Origin: an uncultured Rhodospirillaceae bacterium
Lineage (GTDB): Bacteria > Pseudomonadota > Alphaproteobacteria > MPNO01 > UBA830
Direction of reading: 5' to 3'
DNA: 64,000 nt
Assembly: GCA_963974055.1 (NCBI GenBank)
Contig: CAXBCP010000023.1
Span: 11,666 to 75,665 of the forward strand
A program made the translations under genes and the position numbers. The notes beneath the pieces were generated by a model. That model was not told the DNA's origin. It saw only the letters and a program-made list of their open reading frames with translations, and searched no databases. Positions 8,679 to 17,438 of this stretch are shown here, piece after piece. Within the stretch, counting starts at the first letter, position 1, and every line of letters begins with the position of its first letter.

Positions 8679-9446
8679 ATGTCGATTAAGGTCAGGTATC
8701 TCTCCAAGGACGAGATCGAACTGGAGGCGGAGCTGCTGCTCGCGCAATACGCGGAGACGATCGGTGGCCCCGTGAAGCTGCCTGTCCCGGTCGACGAAAT
8801 AACAAAATATCATCTTGCGCTCCAATTAGAATTTGCCGATCTCCACGATGTTCTCGATGTTCCCAGGCAGCGCAATACGCCCGATATTCTGGGGGCAATT
8901 TGGGTCGATAAGGAAGTTATCCTGATCGACGAAATGCTCGATCCGAATGGTTACCCCTCCATGGCGGGACGCTACCGTTTCAGCGTGGCGCACGAAATCG
9001 GTCACTGGTGCCTTCACCGGGACTATGTTTCAAAGGATACCAGACAAGCTGCACTGTTCGACGCCCCGTCAGAACCGACGGTAATCTGCCGCTCCGGACT
9101 AACGAGAGAGCCGATTGAATGGCAGGCGGATAAATATGCATCCTGTTTGCTGATGCCGCGTCTCAAAGTGCGGGAGATGTGGCAAGAGCGTTTCAACAGC
9201 AAGCGCCCCTTGCTGCTTTCGTCCCTGAAACCGAATGTCGATGTGATGATGCGCGCGCACAATTTGATGTGCGGGCAGGGCAAATCTGAGGTCGCCGCTG
9301 TCAATGATGCACTTTTCGAGGAGGTCTCGAAACCGATTGCCCGACGCTTCGGCGTTTCGCCGTCGGCAATGCGGATACGGTTGGAAGAACTCGGTTTATT
9401 GCTGCGCGAGGCGCCAAAGCAGTCCGCATTAACGGATAGTTTTTGA
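8679..9446 (+). CDS. ImmA/IrrE family metallopeptidase
   Basis: RYRFSVAHEIGHW (HExxH) and EWQADKYASCLLMP motifs; adjacent to the XRE gene. Confidence 0.9.
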   Translation: MSIKVRYLSKDEIELEAELLLAQYAETIGGPVKLPVPVDEITKYHLALQLEFADLHDVLDVPRQRNTPDILGAIWVDKEVILIDEMLDPNGYPSMAGRYRFSVAHEIGHWCLHRDYVSKDTRQAALFDAPSEPTVICRSGLTREPIEWQADKYASCLLMPRLKVREMWQERFNSKRPLLLSSLKPNVDVMMRAHNLMCGQGKSEVAAVNDALFEEVSKPIARRFGVSPSAMRIRLEELGLLLREAPKQSALTDSF

Positions 9447-9470
9447 CTCTTTTTTTGGAAGGATTGTTAA

Positions 9471-9737
9471 GTGTCAACTGAACGATACGCGCAAGCATCA
9501 CCTCAGGCATGTGTCGCGTTTGAGACGTCAGATTTCTATCTGGCCTGTTTCTTGCGCTGTTCAGGATATGCGTTGCTTGATCTCCGGCCAGCAGGTCGTC
9601 GAAAGATATTTGTGTTTAAGGATAGCCCCGAGCGCCCGACCGATGTGCTGTCCTTCTACGGCGACAACACAACCGTCCCGCCGCTCGCATTCTCTTCCAC
9701 CATCAAAGACATGAAGGCGCTGTTATACAATGGATAA
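9471..9737 (+). CDS. Small hypothetical protein (DUF5659-like)
   Basis: TSDFYLACFLRCSGY pattern recalled from mobile-element proteins; GTG start. Confidence 0.6.
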   Translation: MSTERYAQASPQACVAFETSDFYLACFLRCSGYALLDLRPAGRRKIFVFKDSPERPTDVLSFYGDNTTVPPLAFSSTIKDMKALLYNG

Positions 9738-9951
9738 CCATCAGATCATCGAACCGAATAACCACGCCTGCGGCCCGCAGGCTCGCGAAGCTATCGACCG
9801 CCTGATCGAAGTAGTCTTGGACGGATTGCGGCACGGACATTTTCACTGCGCGATTTCGAGTGGAGTCGGAAAGGGCAACCGTCGCGAACTCGTGATTGAG
9901 GCAGGTAAGAGCCACAAGTTTGTTATCCCCGAGAATGAGCTGCGGGGCTGA
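9730..9951 (+). CDS. Small hypothetical island protein
   Basis: 73 aa, overlaps the upstream stop; LDGLRHGHF...RELVIEAGKSHKF. Confidence 0.65.
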   Translation: MDNHQIIEPNNHACGPQAREAIDRLIEVVLDGLRHGHFHCAISSGVGKGNRRELVIEAGKSHKFVIPENELRG

Positions 9952-10076
9952 CAGCGCGAACGAACGGCGATCCCTGGGATTGGGACGCCGAACATGCAAA
10001 TGACAATACGATCCAGCGTTATCGGTGGGAATCCGAGGCCGGAGATCAGAGGCACGGAGCGGCGAAGAGCCGGCCG

Positions 10077-10321
10077 TGAGATCTTCGGTGAAAGCTGCAA
10101 ACGACAATCAGAATGACGACCAGATCGAACGAACCCGTGAGGTATGGCAACCGCGCGTCGGGCGCGACCTGAGCCGCGACGAGGCACAACAGATTGCTGC
10201 CAACGTTACTGGCTTTTTCTCTGTCCTGGCCGAGTGGTCACGGGCCGAACTGCCGATGCCCGCGAACGATAATTCCAACGGGTTACCTCCTGACGACAAG
10301 GGGGTGCGCCATGACCGTTGA
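10077..10321 (+). CDS. Small hypothetical island protein
   Basis: IERTREVWQPRVGRDLSRDEAQQIAANVTGFFSVLAEW; overlaps the primase start; start codon uncertain. Confidence 0.55.
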
Positions 10322-12899
10322 TTACATCGAGATGTCGACAGCCCCGACAGTTTTTCCAATCGAGCTTCCGGAAGCAGGTAAAGGCGGTGAAGCCGGTGCA
10401 TTCCAGATCGGAAATGCCGAATTTATCGATAAGGTTTTCCCGCTGCTGCCCGAAGGCGCCTTTGCAGCAGTCTCGTCAAAGAGCGGCGATCCCGGTCTGG
10501 GCGGATGGCCGGCCTGTCGCGCGGATATCTCGGCCATGACTCTATCCACCGAAACTAACAACTTCATCGGTTGTTCGAGCTTTTATCCCGGCGCTGATGG
10601 TTCTTTCCGGGCGCGTAAAGGCCAGTTTGCCGCCTGCCATTTCCTGATGCTCGACGATCTGGGCACAAAGGTGCATCTGGGTCGACTGGATGGTTTCGAG
10701 TTGTCATGGCTGATCGAAACGAGTCCCGGAAATCACCAGGGCGGGATCATCCTTGCAGAAGCACTTACAGACGGTGCTACGGCAATACGGTTGTTAAATG
10801 CGTTGATTGAAGCTGGTTTGTGCGACGCGGGTGCGACAGGTCCACTGAGCCGCTGGGCGCGGTTGCCGGTGGCGATTAACGGCAAGCCGAAATATGTGGA
10901 TGAGGCCGGCATGCCCTTTCAGTGCCGACTGCTCGAATGGCGTCCCGAAAACCGCTACACGCCGCAGGAGATCGTTGATCAATTACAATTGGAACTTGCA
11001 CCTGCCGGGAGGCCGAAGAAGACCGGTAAGCGGTCCACATCCTCTGACAGCACCCCCCACAGTATCGGTAATGCGAATGACGACGTTCTGACGCCCAGGG
11101 CGGCGGAGAACCCGGTTGTGGCAGCACTGAAGGCGCGGGGCCTCTACAAGACGCCACTGGGGTCCGGTAAGCACGACATTACCTGCCCGTGGGTTCAGGA
11201 GCATACCGACGCGATTGACAGCGGTGCGGCGTATTTTGAACCTGACGAGCACTATCCCGTGGGCGGTTTTTGTTGTCAGCATTCCCATCGCGACAAGTAC
11301 CATATTCGACAGCTGCTTGAATTCCTCTACGTGCGCAACGCAGAGGCAAGGCACAAGCCGCTGATCCGGGTGATCGCCGGCGACCTGCACCGCGTTGTGG
11401 ATGCGGCAGAAAAGGAACTAGCTAACCGTGGGCGGCATTATCAGGCCGGTGGCTTGATTGTTTCTGTCTCGACCGATCCGACCTCAGGTGACCCTTCAAT
11501 CGTGCCTACCAGCGCGCCTGCTTTGACCCGTGATCTTTCAATCGCGGCGACCTGGGAGAAATACGACGGGCGCACAGAAGACTGGGTTCGCTGTGACCCG
11601 CCAGCGCGGCATGCCACAATTCTGTTCGATTCACAGAATTTTCGTTACTTGCCGCCGTTGTCTGGAGTAGTGCGCCAACCATACTTTCGGGAGACCGACG
11701 GAGAACTCATCCGACAGCCCGGTTACGACAAAACGGCGCAGCGTTTCGGTGTTTTCGATGCGCGGCAATTCGTGATCCCGGATCCGACGCCTGAAGCGGC
11801 AGGGGAGGCACTGGCCTTACTCGAAGAACTGCTCTCGGAGTTTCACTTCGTGGCGGCCACGGACAAGGCTGCGGCGCTTGCGGCAATTTTCACCGCGGTT
11901 GTGCGCCCGACACTGCCCTGTGCACCGGCATTTCACGTCCGGGCACCGGTATTCGGGAGTGGCAAGACCTACCTCTGCGAACTGATTGGTGCATTCGCGG
12001 GGCCGGGCGGAAATGCAAAAGTGAGTTATCCTACGAGTTCGGAGGAGGCCACTAAGGTCATCCTGTCGCTTCTGCTGAGCAGTCCGGCGGTCATCGAATT
12101 TGATGACATGGACACCGACTGGATACCGCACGGCACGATCAAGCGTATGCTGACAGCGGAACACATCACAGACCGCATTCTGGGGGTCAGCAAGACCGCG
12201 ACAGTCAGCACCCGCACCCTGTTTCTGGGGTCAGGTAATAACGTCGGCCCGATACGCGATTTATTGCGCCGCGTGCTGACGATTCACATCGACCCGCGCT
12301 GCGCGACACCGGCAACGATGTCCTACAAAGGCTTTCCCGTCGATAAGGTTCGTCAGAGGCGTGGTGAATACGTAGCGGCGGTTCTGACGATCATCCAGGC
12401 ATGGCGGGCGGCTGGTTCACCGTCCGCGGCGGTGGACAGCATTGTCACTTTCGGCGGGGCGTGGTCGGACTATTGCCGGTATCCACTGATGTGGCTCGGT
12501 CACCCTGACCCCGCAACGGCGCTGCTGGAACAGGTCCGCCATGATCCTGACGGCGACGCGCTCGGCTGTCTGATGGCGGAGTGGCATGGTGTCTTCGGTT
12601 CGGCCCCGGTTACTGTGCGCAAGGCCGTTGACGCGGCACTTCGTGACTATCCCAACCTGATTGACGCGATGCGCGAATTTCCGATCGAAGAACGCGGCGA
12701 GATCAACCGCTCGAAACTGGGCTGGCTGCTGAAGAAGAACGCCAACCGGATCGTTAATGACCTTGAGTTCCAGCGGGCAGAAGCTGACGGGCGCACAGCC
12801 TGGCGTGTGGTAGCTGTAAAAACACCGCCTTTACCGGCTTCACCGCCTTCCGCCGGCTCGGTTGGGGAAACTGTCACGGGTTGGAGGGGACGGGTATGA
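10311..12899 (+). CDS. Primase-ATPase replication protein (RepB-like primase N-terminus, Cys/His cluster, P-loop ATPase)
   Basis: MLDDLGTK and LIETSPGNHQ (RepB-type primase), CPWVQEH...FCCQHSH, APVFGSGKT Walker A; ATG at 10311 after a GGGG RBS. Confidence 0.75.
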   Translation: MTVDYIEMSTAPTVFPIELPEAGKGGEAGAFQIGNAEFIDKVFPLLPEGAFAAVSSKSGDPGLGGWPACRADISAMTLSTETNNFIGCSSFYPGADGSFRARKGQFAACHFLMLDDLGTKVHLGRLDGFELSWLIETSPGNHQGGIILAEALTDGATAIRLLNALIEAGLCDAGATGPLSRWARLPVAINGKPKYVDEAGMPFQCRLLEWRPENRYTPQEIVDQLQLELAPAGRPKKTGKRSTSSDSTPHSIGNANDDVLTPRAAENPVVAALKARGLYKTPLGSGKHDITCPWVQEHTDAIDSGAAYFEPDEHYPVGGFCCQHSHRDKYHIRQLLEFLYVRNAEARHKPLIRVIAGDLHRVVDAAEKELANRGRHYQAGGLIVSVSTDPTSGDPSIVPTSAPALTRDLSIAATWEKYDGRTEDWVRCDPPARHATILFDSQNFRYLPPLSGVVRQPYFRETDGELIRQPGYDKTAQRFGVFDARQFVIPDPTPEAAGEALALLEELLSEFHFVAATDKAAALAAIFTAVVRPTLPCAPAFHVRAPVFGSGKTYLCELIGAFAGPGGNAKVSYPTSSEEATKVILSLLLSSPAVIEFDDMDTDWIPHGTIKRMLTAEHITDRILGVSKTATVSTRTLFLGSGNNVGPIRDLLRRVLTIHIDPRCATPATMSYKGFPVDKVRQRRGEYVAAVLTIIQAWRAAGSPSAAVDSIVTFGGAWSDYCRYPLMWLGHPDPATALLEQVRHDPDGDALGCLMAEWHGVFGSAPVTVRKAVDAALRDYPNLIDAMREFPIEERGEINRSKLGWLLKKNANRIVNDLEFQRAEADGRTAWRVVAVKTPPLPASPPSAGSVGETVTGWRGRV

Positions 12900-13447
12900 A
12901 CGCACCCAAAGCTATAATGGAGGCCCGTGCGGCGGGTGTCCAAATCCTCCTCGACGGCGAAGACCTGGTTCTTGAAGCCTCATCACCACCCCCGGAATCC
13001 GTTCTCGACGCACTGTCCCGCAACAAGGTCGGGATTGTCACCCTGCTGCGTCTGGCTAACGACGGGTGGTCGTCCGACGACTGGCAGGCGTTCTTCGACG
13101 AACGCGCAGGCATCGCCGAGTTCGATGCAGGGCAGACACCGGAGCAGGCTGAAACCACCGCGTTCGAGTGCTGCATGGTCGAATGGCTTGATCGCCATTT
13201 ATTCCGTACCGACCCGGGGCGCTGCGCTGCGTGCGGCGAGCCCGACAGGGACGGGCATACCGTCGTTCCCTACGGGGCAGAAAGCCACGGTCACACCTGG
13301 CTTCATCCCGCCTGTCGGGGTGATTGGAACCGGTATAGACGGCAGCAGGCACGGCAGTTCCTGGAAGGCGCTGGGATCAGAGGTCGGTCCGAAGCGACGG
13401 AAAGGACCAAGTTTCCAAACGATCTCGGAAAAAACGGGGGCGCATGA
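12896..13447 (+). CDS. Hypothetical protein typical of primase-downstream modules
   Basis: ATGA-coupled to the primase; FFDERAGIAEFDAG and CAAC...HPAC motifs. Confidence 0.65.
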   Translation: MNAPKAIMEARAAGVQILLDGEDLVLEASSPPPESVLDALSRNKVGIVTLLRLANDGWSSDDWQAFFDERAGIAEFDAGQTPEQAETTAFECCMVEWLDRHLFRTDPGRCAACGEPDRDGHTVVPYGAESHGHTWLHPACRGDWNRYRRQQARQFLEGAGIRGRSEATERTKFPNDLGKNGGA

Positions 13448-14085
13448 TGGGTGGATTCGGGTCCGGGCGGCCCAGTGGATACGGGCGCCAGATTGTGGAA
13501 GCCTGCCGGTCGATCGATGTGAACCGGTTACATCGGGAGGGCTGTCTTGTTCCGGGATGGGGAGGTGGGTGGCAATGGACGTGTGATGGGGAGAAGGTAG
13601 CGTCGATCAATATGCGCGCCGAGGACGACCTGCTGAACCTTTCCTATCGGGTGCGCATCGCCGACGGCGACTGGGAAGACGTGGGGGAGACCGTCCGCAT
13701 CGTCCGCGTACCCTGCCGGTTCGGCGGCACAAGGCCCTATTTCATCTGCCCTGGCGTCGTCGACGGCGCTGTCTGTGGCCGGCGCGTGGTGAAACTGTAC
13801 GGCCCGGGACGTTATTTTCTTTGCCGCCATTGTTACCGCCTTGCGAATGCGAGCCAGAACGAGGAGGCGTGGGACCGGTCACTACGGCGTGCGGGGAAAA
13901 TCAGACGGCGGCTCGGTGGCGAGGATGGGGCTGCGATACCGTTCCCGGCGCGTCCCAAAGGCATGTGGCAACGCACCTATGAGAGGTTGCGCGAGGAAGC
14001 CCTGGAGGCGGAAATTCTGGCCGATGAAGCTTTTATTATGAGAGCCCAACGGCTTCTCAATCATCTAGAAAGATCAAACCGATAA
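13444..14085 (+). CDS. Hypothetical protein (GGFGSGR N-terminus, Cys-rich)
   Basis: 213 aa, ATGA overlap with the upstream gene; RPYFICPG...CRHCYRL. Confidence 0.65.
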   Translation: MMGGFGSGRPSGYGRQIVEACRSIDVNRLHREGCLVPGWGGGWQWTCDGEKVASINMRAEDDLLNLSYRVRIADGDWEDVGETVRIVRVPCRFGGTRPYFICPGVVDGAVCGRRVVKLYGPGRYFLCRHCYRLANASQNEEAWDRSLRRAGKIRRRLGGEDGAAIPFPARPKGMWQRTYERLREEALEAEILADEAFIMRAQRLLNHLERSNR

Positions 14086-14099
14086 AGGAGTTTCCGACC

Positions 14100-14909
14100 A
14101 TGATCGAGACCAATCCAATCTTGCCGGCAGAGGCGGGAGGCACCGAAATCACGCGCTTCAACGCACTCCGGCACGGCATCCTGTCGCGCTACACGGTACT
14201 GCCTTGGGAAGATGCGGACGAGTACCAGAGGCTTCTGGCAGCGCTGGTGGCAGAGCACACCCCGCGGGGGCCGACAGAAGAACATCTGGTCGAGGAGTTG
14301 GCCGGTATCCTGTGGCGCAAACGGCGCCTTAGACTTGCCGAAGCAGCAGTCCACCGGCGCGGGCTGGACGGTACCCTGTGTTCCTATCGTGAGACCGTGA
14401 AGGTGGCGCTGGTACATCTCGACGCTACTGACCAGTCCGAGCGCGTGGTTGATGCTATCCGCGCCACGGCCGAAGAAACAGCCGAAGACATACGCGGGAT
14501 GGAGGAGGACGAGGCGATGACGCGCCGGGCGATGGAGTTGCTCTCATCGTCGCGCAATGATGCCTACGAGACGGCCCTGGCGGCGCTGAGGGCCGACACG
14601 CGGGATTGGTGGGAGGGCACCCTCAACAGTGATCCCGACGAGCTCGACGAGGACGAGGAGCCACCCACCGCCGATGCGGACTCCCTTTGCCGTTTCCTGA
14701 CGCGGGAGATTTTGCCCTGGTATGCGACCCGGCGTAAGGAGCTTGCCAACCGGCCGCTCATCCGCGAGCAGGCCTATGGCGACGCCGTGAATGCGGACAA
14801 GCTGGAACGGCTCGGCCGCTACGAGGTTTATCTCGACCGCAAGATGGAGCGCACGCTCACTATGCTGATCCGGCTTCAGGGTCTTCGGGCCGGTTCAGCT
14901 GACGGCTGA
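14100..14909 (+). CDS. Hypothetical protein with an NALRHG motif (small-terminase-like motif)
   Basis: 269 aa; RFNALRHGILSR near the N-terminus; function is inference. Confidence 0.65.
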   Translation: MIETNPILPAEAGGTEITRFNALRHGILSRYTVLPWEDADEYQRLLAALVAEHTPRGPTEEHLVEELAGILWRKRRLRLAEAAVHRRGLDGTLCSYRETVKVALVHLDATDQSERVVDAIRATAEETAEDIRGMEEDEAMTRRAMELLSSSRNDAYETALAALRADTRDWWEGTLNSDPDELDEDEEPPTADADSLCRFLTREILPWYATRRKELANRPLIREQAYGDAVNADKLERLGRYEVYLDRKMERTLTMLIRLQGLRAGSADG

Positions 14910-15043
14910 TCCGTTTCGCAAAACGGCGCGAACTCGCGGGTCCTTCCTGGCAGCGTTCCTATACGGGCGGGCGTGGCGCGGCGTATCGCTGGCGACTGGA
15001 CTCTATTTTCTGGGAATCCATCGGAATCCGGAATCCATTGCGC

Positions 15044-15063
15044 TTTGGGCCAATTTGGCCAAA
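15044..15063. promoter_or_regulatory. Imperfect palindrome TTTGGGCCAATTTGGCCAAA, probable Phd operator
   Basis: About 30 bp upstream of the phd ATG; Phd-family antitoxins autoregulate through promoter palindromes. Confidence 0.45.
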
Positions 15064-15091
15064 ACTGCTTTAGAGCTAGACGGGGAAACCG

Positions 15092-15295
15092 ATGCAAACA
15101 CTGAGTGCAAAAGACGCGAAATACGGGTTTGGCCGGTTGATCGATTTGGCGCGCGCTGAGCCCGTCGCGGTGGCTAAGCATGGACGCCCCGTTGTCGTCG
15201 TGCTGGCGGTTGAGGAGTACGAGAGGCTGAGGACGCTGGATATGCGAAAGGGCTCGAAAAAGCAGGAGGGCCTGACATCGGAGGAGAACCAATGA
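15092..15295 (+). CDS. Phd/YefM family antitoxin
   Basis: LSAKDAKYGFGRLIDLARAEPVAVAKHGRPVVVV signature. Confidence 0.85.
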   Translation: MQTLSAKDAKYGFGRLIDLARAEPVAVAKHGRPVVVVLAVEEYERLRTLDMRKGSKKQEGLTSEENQ

Positions 15296-15381
15296 TTCTC
15301 AAGCTGGCGCTGCTGGGTGATCGGCTGGTCCGCTATCCAGACCAACAAGTAGGCGATGTTGCCCGTCGGGCGGCTGCTTGA
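15292..15381 (+). CDS. 29-aa small ORF coupled to phd (MILKLALLGDRLVRYPDQQVGDVARRAAA)
   Basis: ATGA overlap with the phd stop and a GGAGGAG RBS; may be a remnant. Confidence 0.35.
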   Translation: MILKLALLGDRLVRYPDQQVGDVARRAAA

Positions 15382-15428
15382 GGCGCTGCGCGAGCAAGAC
15401 CTCGACACCAAGAAAAGCAAGGACGACT

Positions 15429-17438
15429 ATGAATACAAATACCTCCCTGGCCGATTTCATCTGGAAAAACGCGGATGATCTCTGGGGTAATTTCAAGCAC
15501 ACCGATTTCGGCAAGATCATCTTACCTTTCACGCTTCTTCGGCGCCTTGAGTGCGTCCTGGAGCCGACGCGGGAGCAGGTCCGAGAGACGTTCGCTTCTA
15601 TGAAAGACAAGGGGATAGACCTTGATGTCATCCTGCGCACGCAGACCGACTACCCGTTCTACAACACCTCGAATTACGACCTGCGCAGCCTCGGCGCAAC
15701 CCGGACCCGTCAGAACCTCGAGGACTACATTGCCTCCTTCTCTGACAACGCGCGCGTGATCTTCGAACAGTTCGATTTCGCGAACACGCTGGCGCGGATG
15801 GACAAGGCTGGGGTCCTCTACAAGATATGCCAGAACTTCGCCGCCATCGACCTCCACCCGGACGCGGTTCCGGAACGGGTGATGTCCAACGTCTACGAAC
15901 ACCTGATCCGGCGCTTCGGCGCCGAGGTGAACGAGGCGGCCGAAGACTTCATGACCCCGCGCGACGTCGTCCATCTGGCCATCGAGCTGCTGCTCGACCC
16001 GGACGACCAGATGTTCATCGACAACCCCGGCCTGATCCGGACCCTCTATGACCCCACCTGCGGCACCGGCGGCTTCCTGTCGGACGGGATGGAGCACGTG
16101 AACGCGCTGCGCGACCAGTATTCGGTCGCCCCGGTCATCGTCCCCTACGGTCAGGAACTGGAACCGGAGACCCACGCGGTCTGCCTCGCCTCAATGCTGC
16201 TCAAGACCGTCGAGTCCGATCCCGGCCGCGACCTGTCTAAGAACATCAAGCTCGGCAGCACCCTGTCCGACGACAAGCTGGCGAACGACCGGTTCCACTA
16301 CTGCGTCTCGAATCCTCCCTTCGGCAAGAAATGGGAGATGGACCAGGTCGACGTGGTGCGGGAGCATCAGGAAAAGGGGTTCGAGGGCCGGTTCGGCCCC
16401 AAGCTGCCGCGTGTCAGCGACGGGTCGATGCTGTTCCTGCTTCATCTTCTTAGCAAGCTGGAGGCGCCGGAACGCGGTGGCGGGCGGGCGGCCATCGTCT
16501 TGTCCGGCTCGCCCCTGTTCAACGGGAACGCGGGACAGGGCGAATCCGAGATTCGGCGCTATCTGCTTGAGGAGGACGTGGTCGAGGCGATCATCGCGCT
16601 TCCGACCGAGATCTTCTTCCGCACCGGGATCGGCACCTACATCTGGCTCCTGTCCAACAAGAAGCCTGCCGCCCGAAAGGGCAAGGTCCAACTGATCGAC
16701 GCGACCGCGCTCTATGAGCCCATGCGCAAGAGCGAGGGGAACAAGCGCCGCCGCGTCGGGGACGACCAGATCCGCCAGATCGTCCAGATGTATGCCGACT
16801 TCGCCGAGACGAAGGAGAGCCGTCTATTCGACAGCCGCGACTTCGGCTACCGCCGGGTGAAGGTTCTGCGCCCGCTGCGCAAGAAGATCGTGATCTCGGC
16901 CGAGGGGCTGGCGGCGCTGGCGGATGAAACCGCATGGGGCAAGCTCGCGCCCGAAGTGCAGATCGCCTGGACCGCGCTGTTAGAGGACATGATGGGCGAC
17001 GAGCAGGCCTGGAGCTGGGTCGACACGTGGGCGAAGGAAGCGGCAAAGCAGGACTCGGGTCTGGGCAAGGTGAACGCCGCCCTGATCAAGGCGTTCCATA
17101 AATCCTTCGGCCTGCGGGACCCGGACCTCGATCCGGTGCTTGACAAGAAGGGTGAGATCATCCCCGACGACGACCTGACGGATTTCGAGAACATCCCCCT
17201 TGGCACGGACATCCGGGACTACATGGCGCAGGAGGTGCTGCCCCATGCGCACGACGCCTATGTGGATGAGACGTTCCGCGACGACTACGACGGCCAGGTG
17301 GGCGTCGTGGGGTACGAGATCAACTTCAACCGCTACTTCTATGAATATCAGCCGCCCCGCGATCTCGAGGTGATCGACGCCGAGCTGAAGGCGGTCGAGG
17401 CGGAGATCGCCGCGGTGCTGGCGGAGGTGACGGAATGA
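15429..17438 (+). CDS. hsdM: Type I restriction-modification methyltransferase subunit
   Basis: ADFIWKNAD, DFMTPRDVV, YDPTCGTGGFL (SAM binding), VSNPPFG (N6-adenine catalytic motif). Confidence 0.95.
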   Translation: MNTNTSLADFIWKNADDLWGNFKHTDFGKIILPFTLLRRLECVLEPTREQVRETFASMKDKGIDLDVILRTQTDYPFYNTSNYDLRSLGATRTRQNLEDYIASFSDNARVIFEQFDFANTLARMDKAGVLYKICQNFAAIDLHPDAVPERVMSNVYEHLIRRFGAEVNEAAEDFMTPRDVVHLAIELLLDPDDQMFIDNPGLIRTLYDPTCGTGGFLSDGMEHVNALRDQYSVAPVIVPYGQELEPETHAVCLASMLLKTVESDPGRDLSKNIKLGSTLSDDKLANDRFHYCVSNPPFGKKWEMDQVDVVREHQEKGFEGRFGPKLPRVSDGSMLFLLHLLSKLEAPERGGGRAAIVLSGSPLFNGNAGQGESEIRRYLLEEDVVEAIIALPTEIFFRTGIGTYIWLLSNKKPAARKGKVQLIDATALYEPMRKSEGNKRRRVGDDQIRQIVQMYADFAETKESRLFDSRDFGYRRVKVLRPLRKKIVISAEGLAALADETAWGKLAPEVQIAWTALLEDMMGDEQAWSWVDTWAKEAAKQDSGLGKVNAALIKAFHKSFGLRDPDLDPVLDKKGEIIPDDDLTDFENIPLGTDIRDYMAQEVLPHAHDAYVDETFRDDYDGQVGVVGYEINFNRYFYEYQPPRDLEVIDAELKAVEAEIAAVLAEVTE

